From contig JBOEGF010000010.1 in NCBI GenBank assembly GCA_050633305.1, positions 288,001 through 352,000 on the forward strand: a stretch of DNA of 64,000 nt, written 5' to 3'. The notes beneath the pieces were generated by a model. It searched no databases and was not told where the DNA came from. It saw only the letters and a program-made list of their open reading frames with translations. Below, piece by piece: positions 18,881 through 28,166 of this stretch. The stretch's first letter is position 1; each line of letters begins with the position of its first letter. This DNA comes from Nannocystales bacterium. Lineage in GTDB: Bacteria > Myxococcota_A > Polyangia > Nannocystales > Nannocystaceae. Position numbers and translations under genes: made by a program.

Positions 18881-21163
18881 ATGCGTACCTCACTCTTCGC
18901 AGCCGCCCTTCTCCTTGGACTCCCCACCGTTGGATGTGCGACCTCGCGTGGCTCCTTCGGTGCCGCCGACACTGACCTCGGGCTCGAGCGCGTCGTCCTG
19001 TACCGCAACGGAATCGGGTACTTCGAGCGCGCAGGGAAGGTCGACGACGATGTCCTACGGATCAAGGTAAGGCGTGACCAGGTCAACGATCTGCTCAAGT
19101 CGCTCACCGTGATCGACCGCGAGAGCGGGCAGGCCGTCAGCGTGTCGATGCCGCTCGACCCTCAAAGCTGGGCAAACGCGGCGCTCTCCACCCTTGCGCC
19201 GGGTCGCGGTAGCTTGGCCGAAGTGCTCGACGGCCTTCGTGGGACGGAGGTCGTGCTTCGCACCAGCGTCGGCCGACTTCGCGGTCGCGTCGTGATGGTG
19301 GAACAGGTGCTCAACGAGCCGGACCCAAGCGCCCGCGTCGTCGCGCCATCCAGCGACCAGCAACCCACGGTCGACCACAAGGTAACGCTGGTCAACGGTG
19401 ACGACCTGTCCGTCGTGCGGCTCTCCAAGGTCTCTGGGTTCACCCTGCTTGACGGGGATGTGGCGCTGCAGCTCAATCGCCGACTCGATGCGAGCGCGGG
19501 GGAGGGCATGTTCCAGCAGATCGAAGTCGAGATTCGCCTCGCCGGGGCGAAGAGTCACGACCTTGTGGTCAGCTACGTGGTCGAGGCGCCGATGTGGAAG
19601 CCGACCTACCGCGTCGTGTTACCCAAGGAAGGGGAGGGCAAAGCGCTGCTGCAGGCGTGGGCCGTGGTGGACAACACCAGCGGAGAAGACTGGACGCAGG
19701 TTGGGATGTCGCTCACCTCCGGAGAGCCCATCGCGTTTCAGTACGATTTGCACACCCCGCGAAACGTCAATCGGGCTGACCTCACGGAGTCCGGGGTTCG
19801 TCGTCGCGCCGTCGTGGCGCTGGGCGAGACGACCTACGACTTGGATGAAGTCGAGGAGGAGACCGCCGAAGCGGGGGACCCCTGGGGCGACGACATGGCC
19901 AAGGCCGAGCCCGCGCCTGAGGCTGTGGCTGCAGCGAAGCCAGCCAGCAAGTCCGGGGGGAAGAAGCGGAAGTCTGCCCGGCGCGCGTTCGATGCAAACA
20001 TCGGTGCCGGAGATGCGCTAGGCGGAGAAGGATTCGGTGGGGGACCCGGTGGTGGGGCCCCCGCAGCTCCACCGGCGGTCGATTACGACGGACTGCGCCG
20101 AAGCACGCAGGCCAAGGCGCGCGCCAGCAGCGTCGCGGGGATGACCCGGTTCGACCTCACGGAGCGGGTCAGCGTCCCCAACGGAAGCTCCACGATGGTC
20201 GCGATCCTCAACCGCGAAGTCGAGGCAGAGGAAACCTTCCTCTTCCGGCCAGGCGGGGCGGGCATGGGTTACGACACCAACCCGTACCGGGTCGTCCGAT
20301 TCAAGAACTCGAGTCCCTTCGTGCTGGAGCCCGGCCCGCTGAGCATCTACGCCGGCGGCAGTTTCGTCGGGGAGGGTCTCTCCGACACCGTCGGTACCGG
20401 GACGAGCGCGACAGTGCCGTTCGCCGTCGAGCCCAGCATCATGGTGACCTCGAACGCGAAGTACAAAGGCGACGAGATGCGGCTCATTCGCATCATTCGT
20501 GGCGTGCTCGAGGTCGAGCAGTTCTCCCGCACTGAGACGACGTGGAACGTTCGCGGACCTCGCCAAGACAAGTCTTGGAAGGTGCTCGTCCGCCACAACC
20601 AGGCGGGCTCGAACTACGAACTCGTCGATCGCCCCGAGGGCACCGAAGACCTTCCGAGTGCGTACCTCGTGCCCGTGGTCGTCCCGAAGGGAAAGACCAT
20701 GTCCGAGGTCACACTCGTCGAGCAAACTCCGTCCCGAACAACGGTGAGCATCTGGGACGGCCGGGCCGTCAAACTCATGTCTACGCTTCTGCTCTCGACT
20801 GAGCTCACGCCGGAGATGCGCAAGACCTTGCAGCCCATCGTCGATGGCCGAACCGCGATCGGGCGTATCGATACGCAGATCGACGGCCTCAAACGGCAGC
20901 AAGTCGAGTTGGACCAGCGCGCTCGCCAGACCCGGGAGAACCTCGAGGCGATCAAGAAGGACCCCGCGGCTTCGTCTCTTCGAAAGAAACTGTCGGGGCG
21001 CCTCGACGAGTTCACCAAAGGCGGCGACAAGATCGGGCGACAGATCGTGGAGTTGCAGAGCCAGCGGCTGGAGCAGAAGATCGAGCTTGAGGACCTGTTG
21101 CAGGATCTCGACCTCAGGGCGCCCAAGGCCGAGGCGAAGACCAAGACCAAATCGAAGCAGTGA
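18881..21163 (+). CDS. DUF4139-domain lipoprotein with C-terminal coiled coil
   Basis: RVVLYRNGIGYFER, VNDLLKSL and WKPTYR...WAVVDNTSGEDW motifs; lipobox TVGC. Start placed at ATG 18881. Confidence 0.8.
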   Translation: MRTSLFAAALLLGLPTVGCATSRGSFGAADTDLGLERVVLYRNGIGYFERAGKVDDDVLRIKVRRDQVNDLLKSLTVIDRESGQAVSVSMPLDPQSWANAALSTLAPGRGSLAEVLDGLRGTEVVLRTSVGRLRGRVVMVEQVLNEPDPSARVVAPSSDQQPTVDHKVTLVNGDDLSVVRLSKVSGFTLLDGDVALQLNRRLDASAGEGMFQQIEVEIRLAGAKSHDLVVSYVVEAPMWKPTYRVVLPKEGEGKALLQAWAVVDNTSGEDWTQVGMSLTSGEPIAFQYDLHTPRNVNRADLTESGVRRRAVVALGETTYDLDEVEEETAEAGDPWGDDMAKAEPAPEAVAAAKPASKSGGKKRKSARRAFDANIGAGDALGGEGFGGGPGGGAPAAPPAVDYDGLRRSTQAKARASSVAGMTRFDLTERVSVPNGSSTMVAILNREVEAEETFLFRPGGAGMGYDTNPYRVVRFKNSSPFVLEPGPLSIYAGGSFVGEGLSDTVGTGTSATVPFAVEPSIMVTSNAKYKGDEMRLIRIIRGVLEVEQFSRTETTWNVRGPRQDKSWKVLVRHNQAGSNYELVDRPEGTEDLPSAYLVPVVVPKGKTMSEVTLVEQTPSRTTVSIWDGRAVKLMSTLLLSTELTPEMRKTLQPIVDGRTAIGRIDTQIDGLKRQQVELDQRARQTRENLEAIKKDPAASSLRKKLSGRLDEFTKGGDKIGRQIVELQSQRLEQKIELEDLLQDLDLRAPKAEAKTKTKSKQ

Positions 21164-21175
21164 TAGGATTTCGGC

Positions 21176-21682
21176 GTGGGCTACTTCGACGACCTGTTCA
21201 GTCCCGAGTTTCTCTTCGACACGGAGTACAAACAGCGGGAGGACATCGAGCGCATCAAGGAACAGATGCTCGATGCCCCGGACCCGGCGGAGGCAATCGA
21301 GCCGCTGATTCAGCGCGTCGATCGGCTCGAGCTCTTGTGCAAGTCGCTCACGGAGCTGATCGTTTCGAAGGGACTCGCAAGCCGAGAGGAGCTCTCCGTC
21401 GTGACCCAGCAGCTCGACCTTGCCGATGGCGTCGAGGACGGGAGGATCGGGTCACGGGTTCTCAAGAGTGGCCCGCGGTGTACGAACTGTGGGCGTTTCG
21501 TGAACCCGCGCCGCTCACACTGCGTATACTGCCACGCGGCGGTCGAGCAGCAGAGCGCGAAGTCGCCGCCGGAGAGGTTGGTGACCTGCGGTGGGTGTGG
21601 GAAAGACGTCGCCGAGTCGGCCAGTTTCTACACTGGGGCCGGCCTGCGCTGCGACGCGTGTTTTGAAGAGGTCCTCCCTTGA
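21176..21682 (+). CDS. Hypothetical double zinc-ribbon protein
   Basis: CTNC..CVYC and CGGC..CDAC pairs following a DLADGVEDGR helical region. Confidence 0.7.
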   Translation: MGYFDDLFSPEFLFDTEYKQREDIERIKEQMLDAPDPAEAIEPLIQRVDRLELLCKSLTELIVSKGLASREELSVVTQQLDLADGVEDGRIGSRVLKSGPRCTNCGRFVNPRRSHCVYCHAAVEQQSAKSPPERLVTCGGCGKDVAESASFYTGAGLRCDACFEEVLP

Positions 21683-21712
21683 CGCTGCGTGCCGCCACCG
21701 GCGAGCTCGGCA

Positions 21713-23155
21713 CTAGCCGTTGATGCAGCTGGGGGGGGCGCCGTCAACGAGCTCGAGCGTGGCGACCTGGCTCTCGCGTGGGGTCAGGAAAGCGGGCGCG
21801 CCAGCGTTCGACCAGCAGACATCTCCGTCCGCGTTGAAGCTCTCGATCTCGATCGCGTAGCCGCCCCACGTCACTGAGTCCATTGAAGTGACGGAGTCGG
21901 TTTTACACGGAGAGAGACTGCCATCGAGCGGAGCCTGGAGCGCATCGATCGGTTGCCCGACGACATCGAGGACGCGGTAGCGAACGTCCGGGTCGCCGAT
22001 CCGGGCGTCGCCGCAGTAGGCCACTTCGGGTCCGTCTTCCCCGGGAACCAGGAACTGATATTGGAACCAAAGCGATCCTTCGAGGGGTTCGAGGAGGTCA
22101 ACATCCGCGAAATCGAGTTCAAGTGAACGCGGCGTTGCGACCCCTGCATCGTTGACCGTGAACTCAAGCGTCTTTCCGACCGTGGCCGGAGTCGGTCCCC
22201 CGACGCCGGTGCGAAGGCCTGTGACCGTCAGGTCGTGGGGCCCCACAGCGAGCGGGGTACTGAACCGTGTCTTGCCGACGATGCACTCGATGGGGTCCAG
22301 CGCGTTGCCGTCGATGGTGAGGTCGAGCAAGCCAACGGTGATGTTGTCGCAGTCCGCGACCGGGTTGCCCGAGAGCACGGAGAGGTTGAGCTCGAGCTCC
22401 GGGTTGAGGACGGGGGTCGATTCGCTGACCCCGAGCTGGCAGCCCGGATCGAGTTGGTCGACGAGCCCGTCCGCGTCTCCGTCGATCCCGTCTTCGCAGT
22501 CGGGAGGGGCTGGAAGGACAAAGTCGTCCAGCCGTCGCGTCTTTTCCGCTTCCACCGTGAATGTCGTGCAGTCGCAGCTTTCGAGCCCGACGTTGCATTC
22601 GCCGTCAACACACAGCGGCGTCCCAGCGGAGTGTGCGGCTTCGAGGAAACCCTCGACCGTGGCGCCCGTGCAGTCCCCAGACTGGGTGTCGGTTTCGTCC
22701 GAGCCGACGAAACCGTCGGAGTCGGAGTCGGAGTCCGGGTCCGAGTCGACCGGCGCCAGGCTGTCGGGACACGTCCCCCAAGGCAGTCCATTGGTCCGGG
22801 TTCCGGCGATGACCAAGGTGTAGTCGCCGGGCGAAAGTGTGGCACCGCGAATCGACCCGCCTTCTTGTCGGAACCGCTCCGGAAAGCAGGGGCGGTCGAA
22901 CTTGTCGGCGAGCAGGTTCAACTCGTCGTAGACCCAGACTTCAACGTCGGAGACGCCGGCGCGCGAGCAGATCGCCGGGCTAGACATCTCGATGTCCTGC
23001 GGCGCCACAGTCGCGGGGTCGGTGCTGGTGCGCGGCTCAACCCGCCATCGAATCGCGTAGCTTCGCTGCTCTTGGCAGCCACTGGCGGCGAGTGCGAGCC
23101 CGATCAGGGCTCCAAAGGTCGAGAGTCGCACGAAGCGGCGTTTTAGCCCTCGCAT
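21713..23155 (-). CDS. Cys/Asp-rich lipoprotein
   Basis: Lipobox ASGC; CEDGIDGDADGLVDQLDPGC Ca-binding-type repeat; SD tract. Confidence 0.75.
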   Translation of the reverse strand: MRGLKRRFVRLSTFGALIGLALAASGCQEQRSYAIRWRVEPRTSTDPATVAPQDIEMSSPAICSRAGVSDVEVWVYDELNLLADKFDRPCFPERFRQEGGSIRGATLSPGDYTLVIAGTRTNGLPWGTCPDSLAPVDSDPDSDSDSDGFVGSDETDTQSGDCTGATVEGFLEAAHSAGTPLCVDGECNVGLESCDCTTFTVEAEKTRRLDDFVLPAPPDCEDGIDGDADGLVDQLDPGCQLGVSESTPVLNPELELNLSVLSGNPVADCDNITVGLLDLTIDGNALDPIECIVGKTRFSTPLAVGPHDLTVTGLRTGVGGPTPATVGKTLEFTVNDAGVATPRSLELDFADVDLLEPLEGSLWFQYQFLVPGEDGPEVAYCGDARIGDPDVRYRVLDVVGQPIDALQAPLDGSLSPCKTDSVTSMDSVTWGGYAIEIESFNADGDVCWSNAGAPAFLTPRESQVATLELVDGAPPSCING

Positions 23156-23949
23156 GGAAGGTTGGCAAGGTCGATGACGTGGGCCTCGGCACCTTGCCCA
23201 ACCTCCAGATCGAGGGTGCACACCGTGGCGTCTACCGCGACGTCGAGCAAGTAGTGGCCGGGATCCACCTCGAGGATGGTGTGCGCGGACGGGAGCTCAG
23301 CGCAGGCAGCCGGCGTTCCGGACAGGGAAAGCCCCTGTTCGCTCTCCAGTGCCTCCCGGTACAGGAGGGAGGTGACCGCTGTACCGTCCTCATTGAGCGG
23401 CGGCTCGGCGAGGTCGGCGTCCAGCTCTGCGTAACGAAGCGAGAGCGAGACTTCGTCGCAGGTGTCGGTTTGCTCGAGGCTCAGCTGCATCTCGACGGGT
23501 TCGAGCCCGAAATCGAAATCTTGGAGCGTGATGGTGCGCTCGAGCACATCGATCTCCATCGTTCTGGCGCGCCGGGTGTTTTCCGCGCCGGCGGGGGTCT
23601 CGCTCACGATGTCGACCAGAACCTCGTATTTCTTGGGGCGGAGCTCGACGAAGGCGTCGGAGGACTCCGTCGCGAACTCGGAGATCGTCTGGTAACCGGT
23701 CCCACAGTCGTAGCGAAAGATCTCGGAGCGCGAGGCATCGGTGGTGTCGGTGATCGAGAAGACCACCTCGTCGACCCGTCCCCCTGCGCACGAACGCAAG
23801 CGCTGGCCGTCCTCGCCGTCGATGGTGTTGACCTCGACGAAGCGCCACGAGAACTCCAATCCGGTCGGCTCATCTGCAGGCAGGACGCAGGCCGACACAA
23901 ACAGACATCCCAGCCACGGAAACCACTTACTCACAACCACATCCTTCAA
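23143..23949 (-). CDS. Lipoprotein, hypothetical
   Basis: Lipobox VSAC. Overlaps both neighbours. Start uncertain by a few codons. Confidence 0.7.
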   Translation of the reverse strand: MKDVVVSKWFPWLGCLFVSACVLPADEPTGLEFSWRFVEVNTIDGEDGQRLRSCAGGRVDEVVFSITDTTDASRSEIFRYDCGTGYQTISEFATESSDAFVELRPKKYEVLVDIVSETPAGAENTRRARTMEIDVLERTITLQDFDFGLEPVEMQLSLEQTDTCDEVSLSLRYAELDADLAEPPLNEDGTAVTSLLYREALESEQGLSLSGTPAACAELPSAHTILEVDPGHYLLDVAVDATVCTLDLEVGQGAEAHVIDLANLPCEG

Positions 23950-24523
23950 GATCCAATGAGCCGCTCCCCGAGGGGTTGCCCTCCTGATCCATGCCGACGA
24001 CCAGTTGGAAAACCTGCAAATCGGTCACGAGACCGGGGTGTACTACGCGTTCCCGCGGTCCGGGAGCTGCGATGCATGCGTCCAAGTCCCGGCACTCATT
24101 TCCGTCGGCCTGGGTGATCACAGGACTGATCGTGAACTGATACGGGGCATCCGAGGACGGGACGGAGGGGTTGCTGCCTCGTGAGCGGTCACAGTCGAAG
24201 CCCAATGGGGCGACGACTTGGCAGTCTGGATCCTCGCATCCTCCAGCACACTCGGGATCGCAGATGACGAGCTCCGCCGCGAGGTCATAGCGAACCTGGT
24301 CAGAACCGTTTCGGCCAGGCAGAGCACACGATGAGGTTCGGCCCAGATCGAACACGCCTGAGGGGAAGATCGGGTCGCCGTCTCGGTCGACAAACGCCCA
24401 AGCCCACTCGACCACTCCCGTGTCGACCGAGCATCCCGGGGCCGCGACCAACACGCTGGCCACCGCGATCGCCAAAGCGCCTCGCACAAGAGGCAGTCTG
24501 GAGCAGTCCGAGGGGCGGGGCAA
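23927..24523 (-). CDS. Cys-rich lipoprotein, hypothetical
   Basis: Signal ending in APGC. Start may be a downstream GTG. Confidence 0.7.
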   Translation of the reverse strand: MPRPSDCSRLPLVRGALAIAVASVLVAAPGCSVDTGVVEWAWAFVDRDGDPIFPSGVFDLGRTSSCALPGRNGSDQVRYDLAAELVICDPECAGGCEDPDCQVVAPLGFDCDRSRGSNPSVPSSDAPYQFTISPVITQADGNECRDLDACIAAPGPRERVVHPGLVTDLQVFQLVVGMDQEGNPSGSGSLDLEGCGCE

Positions 24524-24601
24524 TCATCCCCGAAACAGGCTCTGCAGGCCATTTCTTGTTGTTTGACGCGTACGTCGCGGGCCGGTTAGCCTGGCGCCGA
24601 A

Positions 24602-25336
24602 GTGAACGCGCCCTCGATCGCCCTCTTCGCCGCTTCGGCTCCTTCTGCGCTTGTCGCAGAGGTGGACCTCATCAAGTTGCTCACGTCGTCGAAGGGGATC
24701 GTTCTCGGCGTCGTGATTCTGCTGCTGTTGCTGGTCGCGCTGTGCATCTTCGTGATCATCTTCAAGTTCATCCAGGTCACGATGGCGCAGTCGCAGTCCG
24801 TCGCGTTCCTGGACAAGTTCTGGAAGAGCAAGCGTCTCGACGACATCTATCGGGTGGCGGAAGGCGCCAAGAGCAGCCCGATCGCCGCGATGTTCCGTGC
24901 CGGCTACATCGAACTGTCGAAGGTCAAGAAGTCGCAGGCCGAAGGCGACAACGCGAGCATGCACGACAAGCTGGGCGATGCCGACAACGTCGAGCGCGCG
25001 TTGGCTCGTGCCAAGCTGGCCGAGACCACCAAGCTCGAGAACCTGCTTCCCTTCCTGGCGACGACCGGTTCTGCAGCCCCGTTCATCGGCCTGTTTGGGA
25101 CCGTTTTCGGCATCATGGAGGCGTTCCTCAACATCGCGGCTGCGGGCCAAGCAGAGCTTTCCGAGGTCTCGCAGCCTATCGCTGAGGCTCTGGTCACCAC
25201 GGCGCTCGCGCTCGCCTCAGCGGTCCCCGCAGTGGTCGCCTACAACTACTTCCAGCGGCGTCTGAAGGTCCTGGGGTCGGAGATGAGCAACTTCGGCTCC
25301 GACTACATGAACATCGTCAAGCGCCACTTCTTCTAG
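24602..25336 (+). CDS. tolQ: TolQ/ExbB/MotA proton-channel protein
   Basis: LATTGSAAPFIGLFGTVFGIM, IAEALVTTA and AVVAYNYF motifs; upstream of tolR/tolB. Confidence 0.9.
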   Translation: MNAPSIALFAASAPSALVAEVDLIKLLTSSKGIVLGVVILLLLLVALCIFVIIFKFIQVTMAQSQSVAFLDKFWKSKRLDDIYRVAEGAKSSPIAAMFRAGYIELSKVKKSQAEGDNASMHDKLGDADNVERALARAKLAETTKLENLLPFLATTGSAAPFIGLFGTVFGIMEAFLNIAAAGQAELSEVSQPIAEALVTTALALASAVPAVVAYNYFQRRLKVLGSEMSNFGSDYMNIVKRHFF

Positions 25337-25363
25337 GGGCTGCTTCCGCCCAGACGACCCAGC

Positions 25364-25819
25364 ATGGCGAACAAGTTCATCAACGACGCTCCCAGTGACG
25401 CGAACGAACCCATGGGTTCGATCAACGTCACGTCGCTCGTCGACGTGATGTTCTGCCTGCTCATCATGTTCATGGTCGCGACGCCGCTGATGTCGCCCGA
25501 GGGCATGGACGTCGATCTTCCCGAGGGCCGCGGGGAAGAGATCACCGAGGAGGAGTTCTTCTACTCGATCATTTCGGTCGACAAGACCGGCAAGGTTTTC
25601 CTCGGCACGCTGCCGCTGTCCCAGGACAAGGACAAGCTGGCGGAGGAGCTGAAGAACAACGTCAAGGTCAAGGAAGACGGCAAGGTCTTCATCCAGGGTG
25701 ACCGAAATGTGCCGTACGAGCGGATCGTTGACGTCCTCGTTGCGTTGAAGCAAGCAGAGGTCTCGTCCGTCGGGTTCATTGCGGACCCGCACATGAAGCG
25801 AGTCCGAGGAAGCGAATAG
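25364..25819 (+). CDS. tolR: TolR/ExbD protein
   Basis: INVTSLVDVMFCLLIMFMVATP and GDRNVPYE motifs. Confidence 0.9.
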   Translation: MANKFINDAPSDANEPMGSINVTSLVDVMFCLLIMFMVATPLMSPEGMDVDLPEGRGEEITEEEFFYSIISVDKTGKVFLGTLPLSQDKDKLAEELKNNVKVKEDGKVFIQGDRNVPYERIVDVLVALKQAEVSSVGFIADPHMKRVRGSE

Positions 25820-25825
25820 AGCCAA

Positions 25826-26857
25826 ATGCCCAGTTCACTCGACGCTGCACCCAAGGTCTATGGTGGCGATTTCCGTGAGCTTTTCCGGAATCCGTTCGCG
25901 CTCGTCGTCGCGGTCCTAGGGTGCGGGCTCACCCTCAGCCTGATGGTCTTCTTGGCCTATCAGATGAGCCGAGACTGCATCGCCACCTTCGAAAAGGCTT
26001 GGGTCGAGCACGGCGATCACGAACTTTACAACGAGGCGTTTCAAGACGCGGTCCTCGCGGACTGTGACTCCCTCGAAGACGAGGTCTGCTTGCTCCAGAT
26101 CAAGACGCGGTGGCTCGCGGACGACATGGACGTCCACGGCATCACCTTCAACCTTGCGGTGACCGAGGCCTGCCCCGCGGAGACCGAGGACGAAGACGAG
26201 TTCGAGATCGACTTCGAGCCCGGCACGCTCGTCAAGCTCGGCGTCGAGATCGACGAGAAAGAGATTCCCGAGAAGATCATCATCCAAGAGACCCGGGCCG
26301 AAGAAGAAGAGATTCCCGAAGAGGCGGTCACCGAGGACGAGGAAGCCAAGCCCGCCGAGGAAAAGCCCGAAGAGGAAGAGAAGCCCAAAGAAAAGCCCAA
26401 GGACAAGCCCAAGAAGCCGGTCGAGAAGAAAGACAAGAAGCTTCCAACGTCCAAGCTTCCCACGAAGAAAAACACCCCCTACGACGACCTGCCCACGCAG
26501 ACCGTGCAAAAGGGGGACCCATTCGGTGACCCCGGGGGCTGGTCCGACCTCAAGAAGGACGGCGATCCCTGGGCAACTCAGGTGATGAAGGCCCTCAACA
26601 ACATGCCGGTCGGCGCCTTCGGGGCGAAGATGGGCAAGGGCACGACCAAGTTCCAGATCACCCTGTGCAAGGACGGCAAGGTGAAGAAGGTGCAGAAGAA
26701 GGGCGGCAGCTTGAGCGCAGCCGACCAGGCCCGAGTGGCCAACGCAGTCCGCTCGCTCAATCTCCCCAAGCCCCCGGCCAAGGTCGCGAAGAACATGAAG
26801 GGCAGCTGCGCCAAGATCAAATACACGTTCGTCTGGTCCAACGGCGGCGTGAAGTAG
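25826..26857 (+). CDS. TolA/TonB-like energy transducer, copy 1
   Basis: Single TM, 4-Cys periplasmic domain, E/K/P-rich linker and TonB_C-like C-terminus; sits between tolR and tolB. Confidence 0.7.
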   Translation: MPSSLDAAPKVYGGDFRELFRNPFALVVAVLGCGLTLSLMVFLAYQMSRDCIATFEKAWVEHGDHELYNEAFQDAVLADCDSLEDEVCLLQIKTRWLADDMDVHGITFNLAVTEACPAETEDEDEFEIDFEPGTLVKLGVEIDEKEIPEKIIIQETRAEEEEIPEEAVTEDEEAKPAEEKPEEEEKPKEKPKDKPKKPVEKKDKKLPTSKLPTKKNTPYDDLPTQTVQKGDPFGDPGGWSDLKKDGDPWATQVMKALNNMPVGAFGAKMGKGTTKFQITLCKDGKVKKVQKKGGSLSAADQARVANAVRSLNLPKPPAKVAKNMKGSCAKIKYTFVWSNGGVK

Positions 26858-26876
26858 CCCCTCTCACTCCCCTCAA

Positions 26877-26909
26877 GCCCCCAGCCTTTGCAGGTGTGGG
26901 GGCTCATTT
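26877..26909 (+). terminator. Stem-loop between the two tolA-like copies
   Basis: Imperfect GCCCCCA...TGGGGGC hairpin followed by a short T-run. Confidence 0.45.
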
Positions 26910-26989
26910 GTTGAAGCAACGGGCCCGCTCAACCGTCGGTTTGTCTGTGGACCGCCCGTTGATGCACACCCAAGGACGGAGGTCGCGCG

Positions 26990-27991
26990 ATGCCCAGCGC
27001 CCTTGAACCTGCGCCCAAGGTCTATGGCGGGGATCTCCGGGAGCTCCTGCGGAGTCGGTCGGCCTTGCTCGGTGCGCTGGGCGGGTGCGGCTTGATCGTG
27101 GGTCTGACTGTCTTGCTCGCGTATCAGCTCAGTCGGGACTGTGTTGCGACGTTTGAGCAGAGCTGGCGGACACAGCTCAGCTATGACCTCTACAACGAAG
27201 CGTTCTCCGACACTGTCTTGGCGGAGTGCGACACGCTCGAAGATCGGCCGTGTCTACACGAGATGAAAACGCTGTGGGTCGAGGATGGCCGGGAGGTTCA
27301 TACCGTTGCCTACAACCTGGCGGTGACCGAGGCGTGCCCTGCCGAGACCGACCACGAACATGAGTTTGAGATCGAGTTTGAGCCCGGCGCCCTCATGACG
27401 TTGGGTGTCGAACTGGTGGACGAGCCTGCCGTTCCGGACGCGCGGCCTGAACCCCCGCAGGAGGCCCAGCACGTCACCGACGACCAGGATGCTCGCCCTG
27501 CGGAGACGTCGACCGAACCGGACGAGCAACCAGACGACACGCCGACCGAGCCGGTTTTCGACCGGGACCGGAGGCTCCCGCCCGCCAAGACCCCGATCCG
27601 CAGAACCACGCCTTTTGACGAGCTGCCGAGGCCGGCTGTGCGCAAGGGGAATCCGTTTGGCGACCCAGACGGCTGGTCCGACCTCAGGAAGGACGGGGAC
27701 CCTTGGGCCACCGCCGTCATGAGGGCGCTCGACCAGATGTCGGTGGGCGCCTTCGGGGCGAAGATGGGAGAGGGCACCTCCAAGTTTCAGATCACCCTCT
27801 GTAGGGATGGGCGGGTGAAGAAGGTGCAGAAGAAGGGGGGGAGCCTTCGGGCCGCTGATCAAGCGCGAGTCGCCAACGCGGTGCGTGTGCTCAGGCTGCC
27901 CAAACCCCCGCCTACGGTCGCGAGCGAGATGAAGGGAAGCTGCGCCAAGATCAAATACACGTTCGTTTGGTCGAACGAGGGCGTGAAGTAG
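26990..27991 (+). CDS. TolA/TonB-like energy transducer, tandem paralog (copy 2)
   Basis: Shares its N-terminus (MPS.L..APKVYGGD.REL) and near-identical C-terminus (MKGSCAKIKYTFVWSN.GVK) with copy 1; the linker has diverged. Confidence 0.7.
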   Translation: MPSALEPAPKVYGGDLRELLRSRSALLGALGGCGLIVGLTVLLAYQLSRDCVATFEQSWRTQLSYDLYNEAFSDTVLAECDTLEDRPCLHEMKTLWVEDGREVHTVAYNLAVTEACPAETDHEHEFEIEFEPGALMTLGVELVDEPAVPDARPEPPQEAQHVTDDQDARPAETSTEPDEQPDDTPTEPVFDRDRRLPPAKTPIRRTTPFDELPRPAVRKGNPFGDPDGWSDLRKDGDPWATAVMRALDQMSVGAFGAKMGEGTSKFQITLCRDGRVKKVQKKGGSLRAADQARVANAVRVLRLPKPPPTVASEMKGSCAKIKYTFVWSNEGVK

Positions 27992-28166
27992 CCGCTGTAT
28001 CCACCCAATCGCTGCCACGAAGCTCGCGGCGGCTCGAGGGATCGCGGGCGCGAGGCGTTGTGCCCCATACAAAAAACCGCAAACCTCGGTTATCACGCGG
28101 TAAAGGCCACTTCCCCCGTCCCCCCCGGACGGCTATGCTCCCCTCGGAGCGAGGTCCAACCTGACT

